DNA from: an uncultured Gammaproteobacteria bacterium
Lineage (GTDB): Bacteria > Cyanobacteriota > Vampirovibrionia > Gastranaerophilales > CAJFVJ01
NCBI GenBank assembly: GCA_964444415.1
Contig: CAYUHE010000005.1
Coordinates: forward strand, 5,456-69,455
Reading direction: 5' to 3'
DNA: 64,000 nt
The position numbers were made by a program, and so were the translations under genes. Shown here in pieces: positions 18,638 through 27,600 of the stretch. Each line of letters starts with the position of its first letter. The first letter of the stretch is position 1. The notes under the pieces were generated by a model. The model made no database searches. It was not told where the DNA came from and saw nothing but the letters and a program-made list of their open reading frames with translations.

Positions 18638-19369
18638 CTATTTTAGGATAGAAACGATTTGTTTGAATTTTTCGACATCCTCAGGAGTGTCTATGCCTAT
18701 TGGGTTATAATCAACAATTTGAACTTTTATTTTCATCCCATTTTGCAAAGCACGCAATTGCTCAAGGCTTTCAGAAAGCTCCAAAAACGACTGCAGCAAA
18801 CTTGTCATTCTGTCCAAAGCTTCTTTTCTATAAGCATACAAACCTATATGGGCATAGGTTTTAGACTCATTTTTGTTCCTGTGATAAGGGATAGGCGAAC
18901 GAGAAAAATACAACGCGTTTTGATTATTATCAAAAACAACTTTCACAACATTCGGGTTAGTGATTTCTTCTTCATCGTTAATTTGCCTTACAAGTGTTGA
19001 TATATCAGCTGTTTCATCAGATAGCAATGCATTGATTGCTTCATCAATACTCTCAGGGCAAATCAAAGGCTCATCACCTTGGACGTTTACTGCCATAGTT
19101 ATTTCAGGGTAAGCAGACATCACCTCGAAAATCCTGTCGCTGCCACTTTTATGCTCAGTCGATGTCATCATAACTTCACCGCCAAAAACTTTGACTGCAT
19201 CAAAAATCCTGACATCATCAGTTGCAACAATAACTTTATCCGCAAGCTTTGATTCTTTGGATTTTTCGTAAACCCATTGAATTATAGGCTTACCGTTCAC
19301 TTCTATAAGCGGCTTGCCCGGCAATCTTGTCGAAGCATATCTGGCAGGAATTATTATTGCGATTGACAT
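18638..19369 (-). CDS. kdsB: 3-deoxy-manno-octulosonate cytidylyltransferase (CMP-KDO synthetase)
   Basis: N-terminal IIPARYASTRLPGKPL, QGDEPL, 243 aa. AAGGAG SD. Confidence 0.92.
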   Translation of the reverse strand: MSIAIIIPARYASTRLPGKPLIEVNGKPIIQWVYEKSKESKLADKVIVATDDVRIFDAVKVFGGEVMMTSTEHKSGSDRIFEVMSAYPEITMAVNVQGDEPLICPESIDEAINALLSDETADISTLVRQINDEEEITNPNVVKVVFDNNQNALYFSRSPIPYHRNKNESKTYAHIGLYAYRKEALDRMTSLLQSFLELSESLEQLRALQNGMKIKVQIVDYNPIGIDTPEDVEKFKQIVSILK

Positions 19370-19378
19370 ATTTTCTCC

Positions 19379-20290
19379 TTATTTTGCCCTCGGATGGGCT
19401 TTCATGTATGCAGTTTTCAGTCTTTGGGTCGAAACATGCGTATAAATTTGAGTATTGCTGATGCTTGCGTGCCCCAGAAGTTCTTGAACTACTCTCAAAT
19501 CTGCACCGTGCTCGAGCAATCTTGTTGCGAAGCTGTGTCTTAAAACGTGTGCTGAAAGCTGTTTTTGAAGTTTTAACTTCTTTGCTACATTGCTAAGTAT
19601 ATCATTGACGCTTTGTTGTTGAAAGCGAAAACCTTCTGCATTTAAAAATATAAATTTATTTTCTTTTTCTTTTAGAAATTTTGGCCTGATTTCAGAGAGG
19701 TAATTCGTCAAATAATCCTTTGCCTTGTTGTTTATTAGGACAATCCTTTCTTTTCCGCCTTTTCCGAAAACTGTTATTTCATTTTGCTCAAGATTCAAAT
19801 TGTCAAAAACCAAATTGCAAAGCTCTGAAACACGCATCCCGCTAGCATAAAGAGTCTCTATAATCGTACGATTTCTATACCCTGAAGATGTTTGCGTTTC
19901 TATACAATCGAGGATTTGCTCCATTTCTTTATCCGTAAAAAACTTAGGCAGAGGGCGACTTTTTTTAGGTCCTTTAATATTATCGGCAGGATTTGCCTCG
20001 ACTAGTCTTTCCCTGTATAGGTATCTGTAAAAAGTCCTAATTGAAGCTATTTTTCGGGCAAGTGTAGTTTTTGAATAATTTTTATTTTGAATTGCAGATA
20101 AATATTCTCTTATATCTTTATGATTAATTTTTTCGGCTGCTTTTGTTCCAAGCCACATCAAAAAATCACTTACATCCTTGCAGTAAGCTTTGACTGTGTG
20201 CAGCGATAAATTTCGTTCAACTTCCAAGTATAGCTTGAAATCTTCGGCTAATTCCAGAGAATTCTCATTTAAGTGGTTCATAATATTCAT
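19379..20290 (-). CDS. Tyrosine recombinase, XerC/XerD family
   Basis: Catalytic-domain strings ASGMRVSELC, HVLRHSFATRLLEHGADLRVVQELLGHASISNTQIYTHV. Start re-called to ATG 20290 because the track start is a TTG extension running through a TATAAT box. Confidence 0.87.
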   Translation of the reverse strand: MNIMNHLNENSLELAEDFKLYLEVERNLSLHTVKAYCKDVSDFLMWLGTKAAEKINHKDIREYLSAIQNKNYSKTTLARKIASIRTFYRYLYRERLVEANPADNIKGPKKSRPLPKFFTDKEMEQILDCIETQTSSGYRNRTIIETLYASGMRVSELCNLVFDNLNLEQNEITVFGKGGKERIVLINNKAKDYLTNYLSEIRPKFLKEKENKFIFLNAEGFRFQQQSVNDILSNVAKKLKLQKQLSAHVLRHSFATRLLEHGADLRVVQELLGHASISNTQIYTHVSTQRLKTAYMKAHPRAK

Positions 20291-20393
20291 TTTCTGTTTA
20301 CTTTTATATTTTAAAATTATACAATTTAACAAGAATTCAGGTAGGTTTTTAATATATTTTAAAATAAGTTCTGACGGAAGTTGAGAGGTATCG

Positions 20394-22193
20394 ATGAAAA
20401 GAAGTGTTTTAACAGGTTTTTTAGTAAGTTCTTTGGCACTTTGTTTATTCCATAATGTTTGTTACGCAAAAACCACATATTATTCAAAAGTATTAAAATC
20501 TGACAAAAATACTGTTTCATCAAAAAATATATCAAAACATGATTCCAATATGGCAAAAAGTGGCGTTTTAATTGGCGATGCATATTGCGTACAATACAAA
20601 CTCGATTCAGCCAAAAAACAATTCGAAAGAGCTCTGAAATTAGACCCGAATAATTCAGATGCCCATAATGGACTGGGAATGGTTTATTATCTAAAAACAT
20701 CATCTTCTGATATGGCTATTATTAAAAAGAAAGATGAATTGCTGACTTCTGCTATTAAAGAATTTGAGCTTGCAATCAAATTCAAAGCGAAAAATGCTGA
20801 AGCCTACAATAATTTGGGAAGAGTTTATCAAGAAAAAGGCAATCTTGATAAAGCCCAAGAAAATTACAAAAAAGCGTTAGAAATTAATCCAAAATACTCC
20901 GATGCAATGTGCAATATGGGTTCTGTGGATTTTTTAAGAAACAAAATTCCTGATGCAATAGATAAATACAAAAAAGCTCTCACCTTAGATTCAAAAAGCC
21001 AAAAGGCTTATGTTTGCTTGGCTGAAGCTTATGCATCACAATCGAATTTTTCAGATGCTTTAACCGAAATTAATACATCTTTGTCATTATTTTCAAATAG
21101 TGCAGTTTCGCAAAATATTTTGGGCAAAATTTATGACTTACAGGGCAATAAAGTTGCTGCTATAAATTCTTATCGAAAAGCTATAAATATAAAACCTGAA
21201 AATATTGAACCTTATTTGGCGATAGCGGATATTTATCAAGAACGCGGTGATAATGATTTGGCAATTTCTGAGCTCAAAAATGCTTTGAGCATAAACCCTG
21301 ATTACAAAGAAGGCTATTTGAAACTTGCTGATATGCTGCTTATTGAAAATAAACCGGAACTTGCGATTGCTTATTATCAAAAAGTTGTTGATGACCAGAT
21401 TTTTTCTGCGTATGCACTAAAAGGCTTATCCAGAGCTTATTTCAATAATGCAAAAAATATTTCCGATTTGGCTTATATAACAACAAATGCTGAATATCTT
21501 GATGCCCAAAATGCTTTACTAAAAGCGATTGACGCAAATCCTAAAGATTTGCAATTATATTTGGCTCTTTTGCGAGTGTCTAAGCTTGCAGAATCTGATA
21601 ATGCAAGTCAAATTTATTTGACTCAAATAGTAAAAAAATCGGATTTTTCTCCTATTGCATCAGTTATAAAAGGTGAAGCTTATTTACTTTGCAACAAATA
21701 TAACGAAGCTGATTTAGAATTTGCAAATGCCGTTAACAAAGCGACTGAAGTGCAAGATTGTCTATATATTGGCGAGATTTTTATATTGAACAGACAATAT
21801 GATATGGCAACAAATGCTTTTTACAAGGCTCTTAATTTGGATGCCGAAAATAAAAAAGCCAGAGCAGGACTAAATATTATTGCGAGAAATAAAAAAATAG
21901 CAGACCATCATTATGATTTAGCAAAAGCTTACTATAAAGAAGGTCAAAAAAATCTGACAATTCAGGAGCTAAAAAAAGCAGTCAATTTCAATCCTAAAGA
22001 CAAAAAATCATACCTTATGATGGCAAAAACATACGAAAAGCTGCATGACTATTCAAATTCTTTGACTAATTATCAAGCTTTTTTGGGAATGAGCGATGCC
22101 AAAGATAAAAATTATAAAAAATACGACAGGAAAGTAAACTGCCTTAGCAAAAAGGTGAAAAATCAAAAAACTAAACCTGTTCAAAATTTGTAA
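20394..22193 (+). CDS. Secreted TPR-repeat protein
   Basis: N-terminal signal peptide (LVSSLALCLFHNVCYA), then many TPR units (AYNNLGRVYQEKGNLDKAQENYKKALEINPKY and similar). GAGAGG SD. Confidence 0.8.
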   Translation: MKRSVLTGFLVSSLALCLFHNVCYAKTTYYSKVLKSDKNTVSSKNISKHDSNMAKSGVLIGDAYCVQYKLDSAKKQFERALKLDPNNSDAHNGLGMVYYLKTSSSDMAIIKKKDELLTSAIKEFELAIKFKAKNAEAYNNLGRVYQEKGNLDKAQENYKKALEINPKYSDAMCNMGSVDFLRNKIPDAIDKYKKALTLDSKSQKAYVCLAEAYASQSNFSDALTEINTSLSLFSNSAVSQNILGKIYDLQGNKVAAINSYRKAINIKPENIEPYLAIADIYQERGDNDLAISELKNALSINPDYKEGYLKLADMLLIENKPELAIAYYQKVVDDQIFSAYALKGLSRAYFNNAKNISDLAYITTNAEYLDAQNALLKAIDANPKDLQLYLALLRVSKLAESDNASQIYLTQIVKKSDFSPIASVIKGEAYLLCNKYNEADLEFANAVNKATEVQDCLYIGEIFILNRQYDMATNAFYKALNLDAENKKARAGLNIIARNKKIADHHYDLAKAYYKEGQKNLTIQELKKAVNFNPKDKKSYLMMAKTYEKLHDYSNSLTNYQAFLGMSDAKDKNYKKYDRKVNCLSKKVKNQKTKPVQNL

Positions 22194-22236
22194 ACTTATG
22201 TAACAAAACTAATAAAAACTGAAATCCTATCTAACA

Positions 22237-22257
22237 TATATACTTTATATATATAAG
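22237..22257 (+). promoter_or_regulatory. 21-nt motif TATATACTTTATATATATAAG, identical copy at 53671-53691 (minus)
   Basis: Ends 30 nt upstream of ATG 22288. Contains a -10-like TATAAG. Confidence 0.35.
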
Positions 22258-22287
22258 GTTAAAGTTAGAAAAAGGTATTTTTAAGTT

Positions 22288-24537
22288 ATGACACTTACAT
22301 TGACTAATCTTCCATATGGTTATAAAGGTAATAATATTCTAAACCTTGGAAATAACAGTATTGAATACTGGCTCAAAAACTCTTATGGAGTTGAGGGCTT
22401 TACTACTAACGGCGAAAATATTTTGACTTTATTCGCCCAATTGACTTCTAATGCAGGATTTAATCCTTATGATGCCTTTGATTCTTATGATCAGGGTCTT
22501 GAAAATAACCCTATGGGGAATTATCTTAATGCAGGTACAAAAAATGCTTCTGTTCCTTATTATAAGCAAAAAGATAATGAGTATTATACCTATACAAATA
22601 GAACTACATATGCAACTGAAAATTCCACAAACCCCAACTATACTGTTCAAGAAGGGACTTATTATTTTGCCAATGCTGCTGCAAAAACTCTTTATGACCA
22701 AATAAAAACAGGTTGTACTACTGGAGAGGGAACTCTTGTATATTATCAAAACCCCCTTGGTACAACTACGTGGATTAAAATTACTGCAAATTACAGTTCT
22801 TATGGAGGCGTAGATGAATTAGTTGGAGATGGCCCTATTGATCCAAAAGGCACAGTAACACTTGATCAAAAAGTAACTGCTTTTGTGGGAACTGCTGATT
22901 TTACGAGTGCTACCAAAATAAATGGTGCTTATGACCAAGAAAAACTTGTAGCATTATACAAGAAACTTTCAGGAGAACTGCAAGGACTCAAAGAATACAC
23001 TCTTACAAATACTGAAATTAATGATGTTATTAAAGAAATTAACACTTTAAACGGCGCAGGCGTAATAGGCAATCTTGAAACTAAAATAACTGAGGGACAA
23101 AATGACCTGATATCTGTTTTTATGAATCAAGCGGATAGAGATTTTGCTTTTACATCCATTTTCGAACCAACTGACATGGCAGCGGCGGCTGCAATGAATG
23201 AGGCGACTCTTAGAAGTAAATTGTTCGGAACAAACTATACAAATAATCCTTTTTATCAATATTATGTAGGATTAAGAACAAATGATAAATTGACATTTGT
23301 CGATTCTATAAATCAGGCAATCCCCGAATTTAATACAGCAAAAAATCCAATAATAGATATAGACCCTTCTTTTAAAGTTTCTGATTATTCGGGAATACAA
23401 GCACAAGATGATAAATTAGGGCCTGCCGATGTTCTTGATAAACTGTATATCACTCAAGAGCTTAAAGCTTATTACAAACAATATGAAGAAGCTAAAAACA
23501 GATCCAAAAGTTTGGAATTATCACTAACACTTGCTCTTCAAAATTCTGCTGAATTCGATTTCAGAAAACTATTAGCAGAAAAGGTTTTGGCTCTATTAGA
23601 TACAGAACACAAATTGGAAGTCAGCAATGAATCCAGTATTGCTAATATTATAAAAAGAGGCAGCTCAACAGGACCTAGCGCATTAAAAGACGGTGTTTCA
23701 TCACATGCACCTTTTGACGGTTTCTATGGCAACATAAATACAAAAGCTACTCCTGTTACAGGTAATGGCTGTTTAGTTGACCCTTATGAAATTGTTATCA
23801 ACGGAACCACATACGTTTTTGGTAAAGATGACAATTCTAATGGAAATATCGATGACGTTTCAGAGATACTCGGTATTACGGACACTATGGAAAATCCTTT
23901 CCAAAGCTTACTCCAATTAGATATAAATAAAGACGGTCAAATCTCAAAAGAAGAACTTATCAGTAACGGCGTTGTTCTGAAAGCTGTTGATGATTCAGGA
24001 AAATTTACAAATAACAATTTTGATCTTTCTATGATAAATAATATTGATTTGAAAAAACTTAAGCCTCTCAAAGACGGTAATTCTGTAGGAACTTTTGAAA
24101 TGACTTTCTTGAATGGAAAAACTATAAAAGGTTCTCAAACTTTTGAAGATCAAGCTTATTTTAACCACTTGTTTGGAAAGCTTGTTGACTTAAGACCTTA
24201 TACAGGAACAACTGCAACAAATGTGAAAGCCGGCTCTACAGCCAAAACAACTACCGCAACAGCTTCAAAAACTGCAACTGCAGCTGCAGCCAACACACAA
24301 ACGACCAGCGACCTTACTCGTTCTATACTTTTGAAACAAATAAACAGTATGTATAGCGCTTTAATTATCGACGATACTTCAAATATCGAAACTATTTTGG
24401 ATAATATTTGCTGGAAACAAAGTACAATACTTACCCCTGCTCAAAAAATCAGAATAATAGACGGCATCGACCCATTAATGCCTGTTTATCAAATTGAGTC
24501 AGAAATCAAAAATTCATTAAAAAATCTGAATAACTAA
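22288..24537 (+). CDS. Large Asn/Thr/Tyr-rich protein with a twin Ca-loop module (paralog 1, 749 aa), function unknown
   Basis: Long uninterrupted ORF. DxNxDGxI loops (DDNSNGNIDD, DINKDGQISKEEL). Paralogous to the next ORF. No signal peptide or TM segment. Confidence 0.8.
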   Translation: MTLTLTNLPYGYKGNNILNLGNNSIEYWLKNSYGVEGFTTNGENILTLFAQLTSNAGFNPYDAFDSYDQGLENNPMGNYLNAGTKNASVPYYKQKDNEYYTYTNRTTYATENSTNPNYTVQEGTYYFANAAAKTLYDQIKTGCTTGEGTLVYYQNPLGTTTWIKITANYSSYGGVDELVGDGPIDPKGTVTLDQKVTAFVGTADFTSATKINGAYDQEKLVALYKKLSGELQGLKEYTLTNTEINDVIKEINTLNGAGVIGNLETKITEGQNDLISVFMNQADRDFAFTSIFEPTDMAAAAAMNEATLRSKLFGTNYTNNPFYQYYVGLRTNDKLTFVDSINQAIPEFNTAKNPIIDIDPSFKVSDYSGIQAQDDKLGPADVLDKLYITQELKAYYKQYEEAKNRSKSLELSLTLALQNSAEFDFRKLLAEKVLALLDTEHKLEVSNESSIANIIKRGSSTGPSALKDGVSSHAPFDGFYGNINTKATPVTGNGCLVDPYEIVINGTTYVFGKDDNSNGNIDDVSEILGITDTMENPFQSLLQLDINKDGQISKEELISNGVVLKAVDDSGKFTNNNFDLSMINNIDLKKLKPLKDGNSVGTFEMTFLNGKTIKGSQTFEDQAYFNHLFGKLVDLRPYTGTTATNVKAGSTAKTTTATASKTATAAAANTQTTSDLTRSILLKQINSMYSALIIDDTSNIETILDNICWKQSTILTPAQKIRIIDGIDPLMPVYQIESEIKNSLKNLNN

Positions 24538-24585
24538 AAGTCATTTTTAGAATGTTAACTTTTGTAAATAAACGCCTTTAAAAGC

Positions 24586-24613
24586 TAAAGATATTAACTT
24601 TACCTGCCGATAA
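24586..24613 (+). promoter_or_regulatory. Sigma-28 (FliA)-type promoter TAAA-N16-GCCGATAA
   Basis: Exact GCCGATAA octamer at 24606-24613 and TAAA(G) at 24586-24590, 44 nt upstream of ATG 24657. I found no other exact plus-strand GCCGATAA, reading by eye. One minus-strand copy at ~19979-19986 inside xerC has no matching -35. Confidence 0.5.
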
Positions 24614-24656
24614 ACATAACAAGTTAAGTGTTTATGTTAAATGTGTAGGTAAAGTA

Positions 24657-27600
24657 ATGTCCAACTATTATTATTTGTATAACTACGGTGGTAACGATCA
24701 CAAATTCTTGTACAACGGTGGTACTCCTGCTACTAGTAGTAACTCTTTATTTAACAATAACTTTATGGGAGCTATGTTCAATTACAATAAGATTGACTTA
24801 AGCTCTATGAGCTTCTTAACTGAAAATGTTTTAGGTGATACTAACCAAGGTGTTACTGTCACACAAGATTTTACAAGCTTTTATAATACTTACAAGACAA
24901 TTGTCGGCTCTGATATTATGAGTTATGCAAACAAATACTCAAATACGAATAATATGGCTCTAGGCGATATGATGAACTCCCAGGTTGGAAGTACTCCTGT
25001 CGCAGATGCGCTAACTAGTCTTTCACCAATTGCAGATTCTTTTCATTACAAACTGACTAAAGATGGTAATCCTTACAGATATACAGAAAGAGGCACAAGT
25101 AATTGTTTTGTAGGCGGGTGGAATGTTTTACCAACCAACGATGGCTTCACTCAACAAGAACTTAGCTACCAAACTTATTATGACTACAAAATGGCTCAAT
25201 TTAATAATAAAGACGCAGCTACTATTACAAATAAATTTACTAATGTAACATCATATGCTGATCTTCAAGCATTAGGTCTTCGCTATTCTGATATTAGTGG
25301 CACTGCTGGTGTAAATGGTAATGCTGATAATATCAAAGCCGTTTATACAAACCTTGTCAAGCAATTTACCAAGGAATTAAAAGCTATCAAACCAAGTACA
25401 ATTTCTGAAAATGACAGAATTACTATGGAAAAAAGTTTAGCAGCAAAACAAGCTGCTCTAAAATCTATTGATGATGATTTATTTGGCTATATAGAAGATG
25501 GAGCAGCTATTTATGATGGTTCTGTTACTACTTATAAAGCTAATTATACTTTTAATGGGAGTTCTCCTACTACTGCTGCCCAAGCTACTACTACTCTTCA
25601 ATATAATTCAGCTAGAGATGCTGAAACTTATGCAACTTGTCCTTATACTACTGTAGTAAATGACCTCTATTTTGCATCGGCTGCAGATGCAACTAAATAT
25701 ACTAATATAACTACTAATAATTATGCAGGAACTGTTGAATTATATGAAAAAACCGGAACCAACCCTGACGAGTTTACAAAATATACAGTAAATGCAGATG
25801 ATATAGTCAAAACTAATAATGTTATGTCCTATAGTATAGTTAATGGTACAACACAATCAAGCCTCCCAGGTGGTTATCCTATAACTTTTGAAAATAAACA
25901 TTTTGTATCGGAGCTTGATTTCATAAAATATCAAAGATTAGTGAATAATAGTTTGAATGATGGAACTACTATTACTTTTTGGGAAGAAATTTCAGCCGGA
26001 TCATATCAACAAAAAACAATAAATCAAACCAACAGAACAATAAATCTGACAAATTTATATAATTCTATCGGAAATATAAATACTGATGAAGCTACTAATG
26101 GCGGCACTATGAATTTTCAAGCAGAATTAGAAATAAGAATAGCTGCCTTTCTAGCTGCACAAAGTCCTGCTTTCCCTAAAGACAATCAATTTGTAAAAAG
26201 CCTTGCCAGTGCAATAATAACAGACCTAGTACCACCTGCTCCAGCAGCATCTTTAATAACATATACTCCTCAAACAACAACACCTGTTGTAGGTACTGGA
26301 AAAGATATTACAATAAGAGAAAAAGACCAAAACGTAACTAATGGTGTTGCTTCATTCACACTAACAACAGATGCTATAGCTAATATAAAAGGAATTATGA
26401 ATTGGGAAGAATCTCGTGATAGTCATCACAATATCTGGTGCCAGGGTGGTATAAGTTGTTGTACAGCTATGAATCATCCTGATCATCTATGGGAACAATT
26501 TGCAACTGCTATACACCTTGATGGATCTGGAAATTGCAACATAGATCTTCAAGGAAAACCTCTTACAACTGTTTTAAAACAGCTTATAATAGACTTTACA
26601 ATGGATCCTTGCGGTAGTGCAGATAAAGCACATGTATATAATCATATATTTGAAGATATGGATGGTTCAGGAGCTTGGAACTCATTTACTAATAATTATA
26701 AAGTTACAGGCGGAATGGAAGTTGATATTCGCCACTTAAAGAACCTTCAGGATGATGATTCTTTAGTTGCTCAATTAGCCAAAAGTGTCGAAGGTATGAT
26801 TTTGACTACTAATGACCCTCTGGCAGATAAAACAAAAGCATCAAAATATATTGCTGAAGTAACCGCAAGCATAATGGAACAATACTGGATTGAAAACTTC
26901 AACAAAAGCAATGCCGAAAATATAACTGATTATTTCATAAGAGAATTCAGAGCGTATTTCAATCCAAGAGGGATTAATGGAAATGTAGCCGCTTCATACA
27001 AAGATCTTACCTCAGGCAAATTCGTAGAATTTCAAATGGATTTCAGCGAAGATCCTAAAGTTATAAACTTCGTAGATAAAATAAGTGAACACCAAGCTTT
27101 TGTTCAAATTTATTCAAAAATGGAAGACCGCTCTAGAGCCGAAATGGAATTATTTGAAGCTTCTGCGGCTTTGGATGTAGTACAAAATATTAATACTCAA
27201 GAATACATCTTCAGACTAAATATGCTTGCAGCTCTTGAAACAGATTACGGCAAAAGTCTTGCATTAGGTGGTAATCTTGCTAATTTGACTGATTCACAAA
27301 AAGCTCTTCTTAAAGAAGTTTTCTCTCCTGTCACAAGAAACCTTGTAGAGCTTGGACCTGGCGCAAGTAAAAATCCTTGGTGGGAAGAGTATTTCCCTTG
27401 GTTCAAAGGCTTCTACGGTACTTTGCCTGAAGGAGCAACACCTGATGATATGTTTGATGAAAACGGTCATATCAAAGCTTCTATGCTCAGTCAAAATGGT
27501 GCTCTAATTGACCCTTATATTGTAAATATAAACGGCGTTGATTATGTTATGGGCGTTGATGAAAATAAAGACGGCAAAATCAATGGCGCAAAAGAAGTTC

